DNA of 64,000 nt from Antedon mediterranea. Taxonomy: Eukaryota; Animalia; Echinodermata. Below the pieces are notes generated by a model, which saw nothing but the letters and a program-made list of their open reading frames with translations, was not told the origin of the DNA and ran no database searches. Made by a program: the position numbers and the translations under genes. This document shows, in pieces, positions 45,985 through 59,154 of the stretch; the stretch's first letter is position 1; each line of letters begins with the position of its first letter. The stretch spans positions 19,663,045 to 19,727,044 of the forward strand of contig NC_092680.1 of NCBI RefSeq assembly GCF_964355755.1, read 5' to 3'.

Positions 45985-48212
45985 CTAGGTGGACGAGCAA
46001 GTATTTAAAATTGTACTGTATGCAAACATTCACATGGGATATTGGTGCTACACTGGTGCCACCTAAAATCCAGCCTTCTAGTGTACAGCCACCTGGTTTT
46101 TAGCCACCTGTCATTTAGCCACCTGGTATTTAGCCACCTGGACTTTTTAGCATTGGTTCAATAGTTACTTTGTAATTAAATATTTACAATTTATTACATG
46201 CGATTCAAGATAAAGGGAAGGTGTTGCTGCTTCTTTACGAGGTGAAGTGTTCAGTGGGACTGAACAGACAATTAATTGTTCAATAGATGACCTGGGTCAA
46301 TATCATTTTGTTCTAAATTGATTTAAAACAACTTTTATGTGACAAATAATGTGCTAAATAAAATGAATTATCTTAAATTGGCACTAAATTCAATATAAAG
46401 AATTTTGCATTGTTTGAGGCTGTGTTCCTTAAGCTCTGTCTACACTATCAAACTGTATGTGACAAAAAATGTGATGTGCCCATATATGGACATGATGATA
46501 TCATATCACTACCATATTTAGGCACATCACACTTTTTTTGTCAAACTAGTTTGATAGTTTAGACAAAGCTTTAGAACTTGAGTTTATGAACAGACGTATT
46601 TATTATAATTTATTTAGATCCAAATATGTTGAAATTCCATGTTAAAGTGCTTTTTTAGACGTTCAGCCTAATAGACCAATATTTCATATTAATATGAAAT
46701 CATGGCAACATATTGGAGTGCGTCATTTCGACCTGTTTGCCACATGAATGCGCTCTTCTTGTGTTCTCTTATTTGTGTGAAATCAGTTTTTACAAGTTCT
46801 AATAAATACAGCATGAGACATAACATGAGGTTAACAAAAACTTTTCTTTTTTTTTGTTGACAAGAATGATACTGCAATGGTAAATCTTTATTTCTGTTGC
46901 ATATATTTTTAAAGAACAAGTTTAGAAGTTTAGAATTGAAATATTCCATTTTTATTTTTATTCAATGGAGAATGTCATTCTTTTGTAAACTATAGTGTTT
47001 GTTGTTTCATAATCTGTATTCACCAACAATTGTGTATTTTAAATTTCTTAATTATGTCATAATCTGTACATTTAGCGCCATCAGCAATTGTAAATATTAT
47101 GGTCCTGTGTAACTGTAAAACTGATTGCATTAGGCCCTCTATGAACATACAGAAGCAATAGTGCAGCAATACAGTGTGGGAGATATGGTTTTGAAGTTCC
47201 TTATCTCAAGCACATGGAAGCCTATAGTCTGAGTGGGGAGATTTGTATGGTCTATGTTTTTCTAAACTACAATACTTTTGTGAGCAAATGTAGTGGAGCT
47301 GTAGCAGGGTTCAATCATGACCTGGTCTCTTTGATTGTAACTCGCTTCATTCTCTTCTCCACTCCTCAAGTTTCTATGAGCCTTGATTTATAAGCACAAC
47401 AAATTTCATAACTTGATTGATATGCAAAGTTGTAAAAGTTTGCTGTTTGTATTTTGAATGAGGTTAAACCATGATATTAATTTGCGACCAAATTAATTGT
47501 TGAAGTTAAATTTATTAAATTTATTTCTAATTGAATATGCGATATGGTTAATATGCTCTGCATATTATTTAAAATAATGTTATGGTGCCCTGTTTATATA
47601 TTTTATGTAAACATTAATTATTTATGCATCTTTGTTTGCGTGTAATTATTTACTCCTTTGTATATGCTAAGCTTAGTTCCTGTTTTGTATTAAATCCTAT
47701 ATTTAGTTACTGTTACCTGCCTTTACATCTCAATTCTGAAATATTGTACATAAGAATTTAACAAATATAATTTAGGTAAAGGTTGTCTAGATTGTTTCTA
47801 TAAAATGTGTTTAAAAGTATTGATTGTTCACGTAAGGATATCATTTATTCAGAGAGGTAGTCTAAGTGTATTATATAAATGTGTATACTTTTTGTAGGTA
47901 AGACAAAAAAAACATTGTGAATCATGTGTACATAGATTTAAAAAAAATCATGTTTATTAAACTTCAACAATATTTCCATCTTTGTTTTTTATTGATATTT
48001 TTAGATCCTTTGTTCTTTATCTTGTAATTAATAATAATGCTGTATCTTCACATGTGACAATATGTGTCCAGCATCATAGTTAAATTATTTAATACAGCCT
48101 TACATATGGTGTCATTATCACGATACAGATGTCACATGTGATGCTGTATTACAGAGGTTGTGTAAAATACTGCACACATTTATACACAGTACCAAGAATC
48201 AGCTATAATTAA

Positions 48213-48690
48213 AGACACCTTCCCTTCAATTTTTGACGTTTTGTAAAAATAATACATATTATATATTACTTTAAAAACATTAAACCAGGTCATTCCTTGT
48301 CTTAAATGTACATTTTATGGTAAATTATGATAAAAAGTGAGAAACTAATTAATAATGCATTAATTGTCTTTCTATTTTTGCCAGACTCCGTTGATACAAA
48401 TTGGGGAAAACCCGGTATTTTCGCTGAAAAGTTAGGAGTCTTCCATTTGTTTTGGCCTCTCGATCGAAAAGTGGGTTAATTACAGAAGAAAAGCAGAAAT
48501 ATCAATCCGCGTGCAATGCATTTTGGGATTTATAGCGGGCTGCTATAATTATTAGAATCGACTTATTTTTCACATTTTTAACCATTTAAAGACGAAAAAA
48601 GTTATCGCAATAGGACCATATAGTATTATTTTTACATTAAATATAGTTTGTGATCTTAAAATAGATCTAAAAAACGTAGGGAAGGGGTCT
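48213..48690. mobile_element. Non-autonomous Kolobok-like DNA transposon
   Basis: TTAA|AGACACCTTCCCT ... AGGGAAGGGGTCT|TTAA: imperfect TIR starting with RR, TTAA duplication. Confidence 0.75.
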
Positions 48691-48718
48691 TTAAGCACAG
48701 CTGTTTTCAATGAAGTTC

Positions 48719-50560
48719 TCAAAAAGTAACAACTCTTGGTCCTGTTTTCTTCCTTTTTTTAGGCTTTATTATTTCTAATCCTTCTACGGCATCAGCACTC
48801 ATTAGGGGATTGATGGTTGACACACTTCCAGGCTTCTCACGGTCACAACCTAATAAGATTAAGGGTAATTCAATATAATCAGAAACATTATTTCTTTGTA
48901 AAACATAGTACAGTAGAATGTTCGTTTTACATACCTTGTACGAAAAGTAGAAGAGGCAAACACGGCAGCCTTTTTAGCTAGGGGATCTACGTATTTGGGG
49001 GTCAACAATTTAAGGTCAACCTGGATTTTACGAATCCAATGTTTTACGTACGTCTTCTGGTCCCGTACCGTACGTAAAATGTTGGTTCTACTGTCCTGTA
49101 ACTTGGTAATCCTCATAGGAGGCTCCATGCTATAAAATAACTAAAGACTGGTACTTCCGTGAACACTTCACATACCAACATGACACCAGTATGACAGGTC
49201 AAAGGTCACGGTCAAGACTTTACTTTGCGCCAAGACCTATACTGAGGAGACTTTACCTGTTTCTTCTTTCATTTTATTGCAGTTCCACCATCTATGTTCC
49301 ACTGACCCACAAGTCTTACATCCGCCACCCATGGGGTACAGCCCTTTAGGATTGTCAGGGCATGACCTTGACAAATGACCCATCTCCTCGCATATAAAAC
49401 ATTTGGCAAAAGGGAATTCACCTGTAATGAAAGCAGTTTGTTATAAACATTGTTTTTAAAGAAAACAGATCAACTAAACCAAAAGAAAAAGACTTGGAAA
49501 AAAGTTTGTTTGTTACAGTGGATACTTATGGCTCCTTTTAGGCCAATTTACACAGACGAGCGGTAAAAGTGAGCGGAAAAACTGCGTAGCTTGTCCCACA
49601 TAGAATCTAATTTCTAGTGAATGGTAACCGCTTGTCCTCTCCGCATTGTGTGTAAGTGGTCAGAAAGAATAACATAGATGCTATATTTCTATTACCATTA
49701 CCGCGTGTCTGTGTAAATTGGTCTATAGTGAGTAATGGGTTACAAACTGCACATTTCGATTATCTGCACAGTACAGTGGTGTACACTTAAAATGACATTA
49801 AAAAAAATAAAAATGTATCAATCCATACAATAAATCAACTAACATGGTAATAAGACTCACTGTGTGTACCTTTTAGTGGATTAACTTTAGCTTTGCATCT
49901 GCCAATGTCATGCTCTGTCGAACCACATCGAAAGCACACTCCTATATTCTCATCATCGTGTTCGTCATTAACTTGAGGGCAGTCTGCAACTCCATGCCCA
50001 GTTTCACGACAATGAAAACAAACCTGATGATTAAAAAATAGTAAATAATAATGAAAAACATTGGCAAGTTTTTAAACTTTGAAAATGTCACTAATTTCCT
50101 TCAAGATTTATTTTACCCTCCAGCTTCTTACCATTTTACTTGTTTTGGCTTTTTTCCTTTTTAATCGCCTGACTTCTCTCCTTCTATCTTTCTTTTCTTC
50201 TTCATCTCCAATTTTTCTGGCTTCATTTAATTGTCTTTGTTCTTCCTTCAATTTGTCATCCAATTCTTTTATGCTGTCTATAAGTGTTGGTTCCTTCTTA
50301 TCAAAGCTTCCACTTATTTTTTCAAATCCTTCTGGAATGGCCATTTTCTGCTTGAATGATCGCATCTGACCATGACCTTGCTGGAATGACCTCACTTTTG
50401 ACTTGTAATCTCTTGATTTTAATTGATTTAGTTGTCCATGGTCTCTTGTCCTACGCTGGTTTGTCGCGACCACCTTTACTCCTTTTTTAAGATCTTTCCA
50501 GGATGCAGCTTCTTCTGGTTTCTTTTTGTTGGCTGTTCCACCTCTTGCAAATCGAGTCAT
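48719..50560 (-). CDS. ZCCHC9: Zinc finger CCHC domain-containing protein 9, 4 coding exons, 292 aa
   Basis: Exons 50560-50132, 50023-49870, 49421-49257, 48849-48719 total 879 nt. Starts MTRFAR, has RRREVRRLKR and four CCHC knuckles (CFHCRETGHGVADC, CFRCGSTEHDIGRC, CFICEEMGHLSRSCPDNPKGLYP, CKTCGSVEHRWWNC), ends RVVTF. Confidence 0.95.
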
Positions 50561-51070
50561 CTTTTAGTTTTCCTTCACTGCTTTTTATTTTAAAAAAAAG
50601 TGAATGTTAAAATAATCAGATAGAAAATTGTGTTAAAGTTATTTCATTGGAAATTCATTCCATTATTGAAGGCTATTCTACTCTATGAACATTTGCAGCT
50701 AATTATGTTCATAGAATTAAATATTCCTATGTAATGTAGGCTAGGCTAGTTGTTACCTTTAGTTTACATATTTTTAGGCCTGCCTACTGCTACTCTTACT
50801 AGGGTAGGGGCCTGGTAGGCTCGCTGAGGCTATAGGCCTCACCACCCCAACGAACTAGGCCTAGGTAGGGCCAAGCCGAGTTTACCTTGATCTTGGACAT
50901 CTAAAGCAATGCTTGTGTGTCCCTCCGGTATATTCTATTTATTAGTATTACATGTTCTATCATATCAATCATATGGGGAAAACTTTTAGTGGGTGGTGTT
51001 TCCAAAACTTCTCTAGTCGGTTTTTAAATTGATTAACATTTATTACTAGAGTCTAGGCCCTAGAGTAGAC

Positions 51071-52680
51071 GGATTACGGTCGAAGCGGCCGCCAACTAAA
51101 GCGGCCGCTAGTTCAATAACGGTAATCTGTATGGAACGCCGTGTGCGCTTTGATTGTCGTTGTTTTGTAATCTTTGATCGTCATTGTTTCGACAGGTTTT
51201 CTTTACCTCGGACGTAAATAACAATCTACATTATTATGTAATTTATTCTCTTTTTTTTTACAGATTGAATGTGATACGCGTACGTTCTTTTAAACGAAAT
51301 GGCGAATCGATGATTACTTATTTTAACTGTTCTAAATGATATACATATGTTTAATAAAGTCTATAAAATACATTGTGGTGTTTATAATAATAAGCCAATT
51401 ATTAAGAATTATATATAAATAAACCAATCAATAAAGTATATCAAAATATATAAATATATTAATAATTAAAAATATTTGTTATTGTATATTAATTAATTAA
51501 TAAAGTAACTATTGTAGTGTTCGCAATCATAATTTAATTACAATAACATGATGACAGCAATTTATTTAATATCCTACACTATTTTATTACTTCAGATATT
51601 TAAATATTGATCAATTGAAAATGAGTTTTAAATACTTAAATAAGATGAAAGTGTCTGTTTGATACGGTAATTAATTACGCGAATTTCTGCTAATAACTCG
51701 ACTGACGGCCAGCAATAGTGCTGCTGCACATTAGGTGCGCGTCCCATGTTGCTTTATTGAAAACACAAACAATGTATTACAATTGAATAACACTTAAATG
51801 TATAACACACCCTATTACTAATAATAAAAACCAAGATTCGATAGTACAGTATGTAAATGAGATATAAATATTCGGCAATACCGTACGTAAATTATTATTG
51901 CAATACTGTATAAAGATTCGATAGTATGTAAACAAGATATAAATATTCGGCAATACCGTACGTAAATTATTATTTAATGCAATACTGTATAAAGATTCGA
52001 TTAAGTCTGTAAATGAGATATCAAGATTCGGCAATACCGTACTGTAGGTAAATTATTAATGCAATACTGTATAAAATTCGATAGTTAAATGTAAATGAGA
52101 TATAAATATTCGGCAATACCGTACGTAAATTATTATTGCAATACTGTATAAAATTCGATAGTTAAATGTGAATGAGATATAAATATTCGGCAATACCGTA
52201 CGTAAATTATTATTGCAATACTGTATAAAATTCGATAGTATGTAAATGAGATATAAAGATTCGGCAATACCGTACGTAAATTATTATTATTGCAATACTG
52301 TATAAGGATTCAATAGTATATAAACGAGATATAAAGATTCGGCAATACCGTATACGTAAATTGCAATACTGTATAAGGATTCAATAGTATGTAAACGAGA
52401 TATAAAGGTTCGGCAAAATATATTTCGATATATGTATTAGTTAATAGTAAATACAAATAAAATATACATTTATTTATCGGCAGGCAAACTTAATTATTAT
52501 AGAAATATAAAGATTTGATAGTACATGAGTTGGCTTATATTTATTTAGCTGTAACTCAACTCGCCATAGGCCATGGCGTTGACAACGACAATCAAAGATT
52601 AAAGCGCACATGGCGTTCCATACAAATGACGATATTAAACTGGCGGCCGCTTTGGTCGGCGGCCGCTTCGACCATACTCC
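51071..52680. mobile_element. 1.6-kb non-autonomous TIR transposon with an 8-bp target-site duplication
   Basis: About 90-bp TIRs (GGATTACGGTCGAAGCGGCCGCC... / ...GGCGGCCGCTTCGACCATACTCC). TSD GAGTAGAC at 51063-51070 and 52681-52688. No coding capacity. Superfamily unresolved (Merlin, MULE or hAT). Confidence 0.88.
51835..52415. repeat. ~77-bp tandem repeat, about 8 copies, inside the TIR element
   Basis: Unit ttcgatagtatgtaaatgagatataaatattcggcaataccgtacgtaaattattattgcaatactgtataaa. Confidence 0.92.
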
Positions 52681-52899
52681 GAGTAGACTATCTAGGGTAT
52701 GCCTAGTAGGTAGGCTAGGCTAGCCAGGTCTAGCTAGCACTAGCTAAGACTAGCCTAGGCGGCCTATAGGCTGGCTAGGCTAGGACTAGGTAGGCCTAGC
52801 TAGGCTAGCCCTCTAGTAGGCGGCTAGGTAACCCGGCCCTAGCCTAGATTATCTCTAAATATGTATGCACTTTATCACCTAATTTATATTTAATCATAT

Positions 52900-53330
52900 T
52901 TTTACCTTATTTTTCTGGTGATACAGATATTACAAACAAGTTTAGGGGGAAAACCAATGGTTATACTGTACTGAACTTTTCTGCAACAATTCTACACAAC
53001 ATGCTTCTTCGTTAAAAATCCATAATAAACCCAAAGTTGTACCCGCCGTTTGGAGGGGCCTGAGATGCAAGGTATGACGTACATCCGGTATTATTCTTCC
53101 GATGCAAATATTTTGGAGTGATCCACACATCTTTGGTTGAGTAGTAACAGTGACAGACATTTTAATGTGCATACTGCAACTACCAAGAATGACTGCTCAG
53201 CTCTAGAGGGCCTAGATATCAGTCAGACGATGAGCCCTCTTGTCTTGTGCGTACGTGTAAACAGAGATTGTATCTTTAAAAAACTTGAATAAATTGTTAT
53301 ATTTATAATTTAAAAAAATAAAATGTATAG
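52900..53330. promoter_or_regulatory. Candidate bidirectional promoter for ZCCHC9 and COG1
   Basis: Both start codons sit just behind splice acceptors (50578 on minus, 53650 on plus), so upstream non-coding exons are implied. Minus-strand donor at about 52905, TGACGT and CATCCGG motifs at 53074-53088, TAGGCCTA clusters on both sides. Confidence 0.5.
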
Positions 53331-53674
53331 GCCTAGGCCCTACTACTAGGCCTAGTAGTAAGTAGGCCTAGATAGCTAACCAGTTGATAGTAGTTAGGCC
53401 GGGTAATAGGCTAGGCCTACTACTACTAAGTTAGCTATGGTTAGCCCTAAACTAAGTACTAGGGCTAGGCCTAGGCTAGCTAGCTAGCCTAGGCTAGGCC
53501 CTCTTTGACCGGGGCTGAGCTGATATAGCCTAACCTACTGTTTTCAAAGTTTGAGTTTTTTTAACCTAGAGAGTATTTTAATTATAGATAATGTTCTAAT
53601 AATAAAGTCAAACAATATTGGTTATTGTTTGTGATTGACATTTTTATTAGCATTTGTGATAACTAAGCCAAAGG

Positions 53675-56508
53675 ATGGAGAAGATAGATACAAGTACACT
53701 TTTTGAGCAGTACACAGTTGAAGAGATTCGGCAGGTGGAACGGAACACTAGGTAAAGTATAAAAAATGTGAATTACTTTTATAGTATTTGATGAGGAGTT
53801 TAAATATAATACATCATGTCACAGCTTCTGAATGCTTCACTTTATTACCCTGGACATTTTATGAACAAGCAATGAAACAAGCATTAGAATCGAACTCCCG
53901 ATTCTGCAATCTAACATCTGGTGCCCAACGCTTACGCCACACATCCTGTAACAATTTAAATATTAAATTTTGTTTGCGCTTTTATAGGGCTGACATTGAG
54001 AAAAAGAAAGAAGATCTAAGACAAATGGTTGGTGAACGATATCGTGAACTTATTGAAGCTGCTGATACAATTACAGATATGAAGCTATGCTCAGATCAAG
54101 TATGTTATTTTGTGTTATAATCCGGTGGGGGCAGGGATGGGGTCATATGGAGAGGTGCCGCATTTATGGGGTATATTTTCTCTCTTGGCCCTTTTTCTGT
54201 TCGTCTTGGTAGTTCAAGTCCATAGTACCTTTCAGTAAAACAGGTACAGGTACAGGTACCACAAGTGACTCCTGTCTCAAAGTGGCTGGTGCACCTCCCT
54301 GTTTGGTTTGTATACAACTGGCCACCCCCAGGAAAAGTACTGTATAATTTTTAGACTAACATTGAAAAATGTATTGCTAATTTTTAGATTGTAAAGTCAG
54401 TAAAAGATATGCAGAACTATTGTGCTACACTGCAAAGAACACATTTATCTAAGGGGATTGGGAACTCAATTAGGCCACAGGTTAAGGACAGGTGAGATTC
54501 TAGTTCAATTTATTCAAATTTATTCAGATATGTGTTTTGATAACAATAACTGTGGCCCTCAATAGAAGCTAAATCTTGTCTCACGACGGCCCCAACAATA
54601 CATAATACACACCCCAGGCTAGTGATCTGGAGATTGTGGGTTCGAGTCCCACCCGAGAATTACTTTCAAATTTTTAGTAAGTATTCTCAAATGTACTTGG
54701 TATGAAGTAGAAATTACATCAGAGTAGGGCAAAACATCTGACCACACACAAAAATGCTAAACAACAAAAAATAAAACCATAAGATACAATATTTAACATA
54801 GTGAGTTTTTACTTGGGGTACCCGAGTCTAGGACTTTCTCATCTTCTCTTCTTCTTCCATCTGGACACTATTGAGTTAAAAGTGCGATTTATAAAGTACT
54901 ACTCCTCCCTTATTCGTTGTAGTATTGAGCTGAGATTTAGCATGAATATACTACAGAGACATGTCCTCAAAGCTATAGATGCAGCCATATCACGTCTCAA
55001 AGATGGTACCGTATAGCCGTATTTGGTAGCGAGGTTATTGATGTGTATGTGATGTTACATCCGGTCTTATGACGTCATTACAGCTTCTTTTGCTGTACCC
55101 CGAGTTTTGCACATCGTGCTTGTTGAGTGTTTAAATTGTAGTAATCAACTTTTTACAGATTTTTTTTAAGTACCTAAAGATACAGAAACATTATTTATTT
55201 TTACAGGGAGATCATTCCATAGTTTAGGTCCTATTGAGACAAAGAAAATATTTATAGTTGATTTTGTAAAAGGAACATATAAACATATTGTTATAAAATT
55301 ATATTCAATACAAATAAAAGAAAATATTTAAGCTGAATTTTGAGTAAAATCTTTATTAGTTTGATAAAATAAGAAGATAAGACTAATATTACTTGACAAA
55401 ACACATGGCACATAGAAAATTTATAAATGTCATTAAACAAGAAATATCCCTGTAGAATTAAACAAATGCAGGTTATATCTTTATATATATTTACAGGCGC
55501 ATATATCATTTTATTAAACTAATAGTGCAGCATAATATTTTAACTTTTATTAAGTTTAAATTTTATAACTATAATTTGACAATAAAGCTTTCTTGTTTGT
55601 ATCTTTTTTTTTTGTAGGATGTCTAAGAGTTCCTTTTATTCCGTTGCATCACAGATTAAACTTCTTCTTGATATGCCAGAAAAGGTATGTTTCAACTTAC
55701 AAACAGAATAATGATATTTTGACATGTAACTGTAAAAGCTCATTTTTCCTGACTTTCTTGATTGAAAAATTATCAACAATATTATATTTTAGAATAGTAA
55801 ACTTCGGCATAGGTAGAATGATAGACGTACACCTATTTACAGTCAATAGTCAGGCTTAGCTAGGGTGTAAAGTAATAACTGTATTTTATACATTGTATTG
55901 TAATAACTGCAAAAATATACCGCAACCTCGTGTGTGGCATTCCTTGGTACATCATTGTATAATTTGGTTTGTTGGATGTTCACTAAGAACCTTACATACG
56001 TTCCTCACGCACTGTAAAAACTGTAATTTAGTTACATCCCTAAATTTACAATCCGGTATTGCACGCTATTCCAAGTTCCTTGTTTTGACGTCCAGAACAG
56101 AGGCGAAATATATTTGCGAATTTAGGCAAGAGGAAACAATTTTTGTTGATGAGGAAACAATTTTTGTTTGTTAACAAGGAAATTAAATCATGCAAATGAA
56201 AGTTCGCAAAATAGTTGTAATTTTTAAATAGTGACAATTTATCTGAATATTAATGAACTAGCAGTACATTATTTGATACGTATGGTATGGTTGTTAACTC
56301 GGTGTAAATATTTTTTTTCCAGATTTGGAGTGCAATAGAGAACAGGCAGCACTTGAGAGGAACCCAGCTATATTTATTAGCATGTCATATCATGAATAGT
56401 TTACAGCTAGATGCTGCCAGTCAGCAATCCACCCAACTGTTAACCTGGTTCCCAATACTATCACGTCAGTGGGCAGCTATTAGCCATTTTAAAGCTAGTA
56501 TTTTGCAG
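53675..56508 (+). CDS. COG1: Conserved oligomeric Golgi complex subunit 1, first five coding exons; gene continues beyond the window
   Basis: Exons 53675-53751, 53988-54099, 54388-54491, 55618-55684, 56323-56508 in frame: LFEQYTVEEIRQVERNTRADIEKKKEDLRQMVGERYRELIEAADTI ... FYSVASQIKLLLDMPEKIWSAIE ... FPILSRQWAAISHFKASILQ. Confidence 0.95.
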
Positions 56509-57229
56509 GTTAGTACACAAATAATACGAGTATGAAACGTATTATGTGCCTAGAGGCAAACAAACTAGGGAGCCACATGTTCTTCTGGTGACAGTGTGTT
56601 TCCTGCTTTTGTGACTCCCGAGCCTGCATGCCAAATGAATAAAATAAAAATAAACACACTATAAACAAGTGCCATGTTACCTGTAAAAAACGTTAACACA
56701 TTGTATAATTTGGAGACATTTCAATTTGCAATATAATCGTGGTATTAAAGAATAACACATTTTTCGAGGCCTAAACCATTTCAAATTTAGGTGCAGAGTA
56801 TTTACAGTTTTACATCCCAAACTAAAGCTTAATTTTCAGTCCACAGCGTCTGATAATTCTGAAAATGTTTACAAAAAAGCTGGACGTCCATTAGTACTGT
56901 TCTTTATCACTATTGCAGTATTTCCGTTCTGTAGTACTTAAACTGAATGACATATGATTCTTAATTAACCAATCAAGGAACACTAACCATTCAGCCTAAC
57001 AGCTTGTTTGTAGAAAAGAAGCAGTATACAGTATATTGTAAAGAGTAACACATTTTGGGAGAAAGGTTTTTGTACTGTAATACAGACACAACACTGTGGG
57101 AATGTTTATTGTCACTAGACATGATACCATGCAGGAATCAGGTGATGATTTTGTAGCATTATAGGTATAGATTTTTCACTGGCTGCATGGTGTGTGATTT
57201 AGATTTTTCATCTTTCCGTTAAAATACAC

Positions 57230-58072
57230 CTACATCATTTCATTGATGATCTTCAAAAGTCCTTGCTGAAATTCACTGAAAGTCATGGCATAAATAAATG
57301 GATTTATTGTTAAATTCAAAGCAAGTAAAAATAACCATATGTCATAAAAAATAAGATCAATACAGGAACAAAAATGATCAATAACACAAATTATATAGCC
57401 TGGTGTCATTGTTATATAAAACACACATGTAACCAGCAATAGAGTTGATAACAGATTTGTTTTTCGACTAGCATTGTTTTTCTGCTGTGGTTGTGATAAT
57501 GAAGTACCAGCGACAGATCTTCTAAATATTGTCCATAAAATACGTCCGTAACAAAAAGTCATAGATGTAGTAGGTAAGAACCACTTAATAAATGATCCAA
57601 TCAGCAGATAAAATGTGTCCTTTTCCCGACAGTTTTCAGTTTTGATAATATTGATAACAACAAAGATTAATCCTGGTAGGTATTGAATTATAAAGCATGC
57701 GTAGTACAAGATATTTCTTCTTGATTTGTTCTGGTGATAGATGTAGGGATGCACAACAGCGATGTATCGCTCAATTGTTATCACAACCAGATTGTATGAA
57801 GATGTAACTGTTATATACCAGAATGTAAGTTTTAATGTATATAATGTTTTAGAACCATAATTGGTATTACAGGCAACAAAAACAATGAACACTATAGAAC
57901 CTAGCAGATCAATGACAGACTGATGAAGTAACAACTTGATTGAAAAAGACTTCTTAAAACTTCTGTTGTAAATAAACACAAAAATGACTAACAAGTTTGC
58001 TGCGATACCAATGCTACTTACAACAGCGCCGGTGACAAAAATAGATTTTTCAAGTGTATCAGAACTATTCAT
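57230..58072 (-). CDS. Single-exon rhodopsin-class (class A) orphan GPCR, copy 1, 280 aa
   Basis: Seven hydrophobic segments, N-terminal NSS sequon, GIAAN (TM1), HQSVIDL (TM2), TIERYIAVVHP (TM3), YGRI (TM5), NPFIY (TM7). Confidence 0.92.
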   Translation of the reverse strand: MNSSDTLEKSIFVTGAVVSSIGIAANLLVIFVFIYNRSFKKSFSIKLLLHQSVIDLLGSIVFIVFVACNTNYGSKTLYTLKLTFWYITVTSSYNLVVITIERYIAVVHPYIYHQNKSRRNILYYACFIIQYLPGLIFVVINIIKTENCREKDTFYLLIGSFIKWFLPTTSMTFCYGRILWTIFRRSVAGTSLSQPQQKNNASRKTNLLSTLLLVTCVFYITMTPGYIICVIDHFCSCIDLIFYDIWLFLLALNLTINPFIYAMTFSEFQQGLLKIINEMM

Positions 58073-58365
58073 ACTTAGATGATACTAGAAAATATAAGTT
58101 TATCCTTTTTGTATAGAAAGTTATTCGGTTCAAATTTCCTTTCTTCTGATTTGAATGATTAATACTTTGCTGGTTCTAATAGTTCACTTCTCAAATGGTA
58201 AAAGAACATGATGCCTGTTGAAGTCACTGTTACAGCACTGGTCTGATGTTTGTAATCGTTTACAACAATATACAGCTTCTAGTCTACTTATGCATTGTAT
58301 CAAATGTAATAAATAAATTATATTTCAATTTAATCTATTTTCATGTTATAATAAATTATTTAGTA

Positions 58366-58635
58366 CTAGATAGCAGGTCCAATGGACGGGCACCATGGTA
58401 AATTATGCATGTTCAACGATGATGGCGCTCTTTAACTGCATGCTTGATTGATTTTGCTAGCCGAGAAACAGCAGCGATTGTTCTAAAAAAACATAGTTTT
58501 TGTACAAATTTACCGTTCTAATTAAGACTAAGGAATGAAAAGGTGCCTCAGCACGGCGCTAGAATTGGATGCGGTATAGGAGGAGATAGATTTTGGCTTA
58601 GTGTTATTATAAATAGAAGATATAGAAATAGAAGA
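58366..58635 (-). mobile_element. 270-bp non-autonomous Helitron
   Basis: On the minus strand it begins TC and ends CTAG with a subterminal GTCCA/TGGAC hairpin. It sits between host A and T with no TSD. The paralogous empty site tttagta|tattaattgaat is at about 60312-60330. Confidence 0.85.
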
Positions 58636-59154
58636 TATTAATTGAATACATTTTATTCATTATACAATAATGACCTATGACCTCTATAGTCTCTATAAGT
58701 GTTACACAAAGGTCAATAATTATTTTTCACTAAAATAAAGTTGAAATGAACAAATACTTAAGTAACATAAAACTTGATGAATTATGCGATTTATTATGAT
58801 ACAATAAAATAAATGGTAAACAAATATAGCAGAATATTAGGCCTATTGAAAATTAAACATTTGTATATTTCAAACTAACCTGCCCAAATATAATAGTAAA
58901 TTGTCAAAGTATAATAAATGGTAAAAACATAAATTTAAAAGTGACAATATGTTACGTTACATCTTATGTAAAACTAGTAAGATCATAGTTATTATACACC
59001 TAAGTATCAACAATTAGTGTTTTTCAATTTCAATATTTGCTTATGTTATGTCATGGAGTAAAGAATATTCCTTACTCCATGGTTATGTGAGACATCTTTA
59101 TGCTTCAGATTATTGTTTTTGGTTGTTATCACCGGTTAGTTTCTTTCCTTCAAA

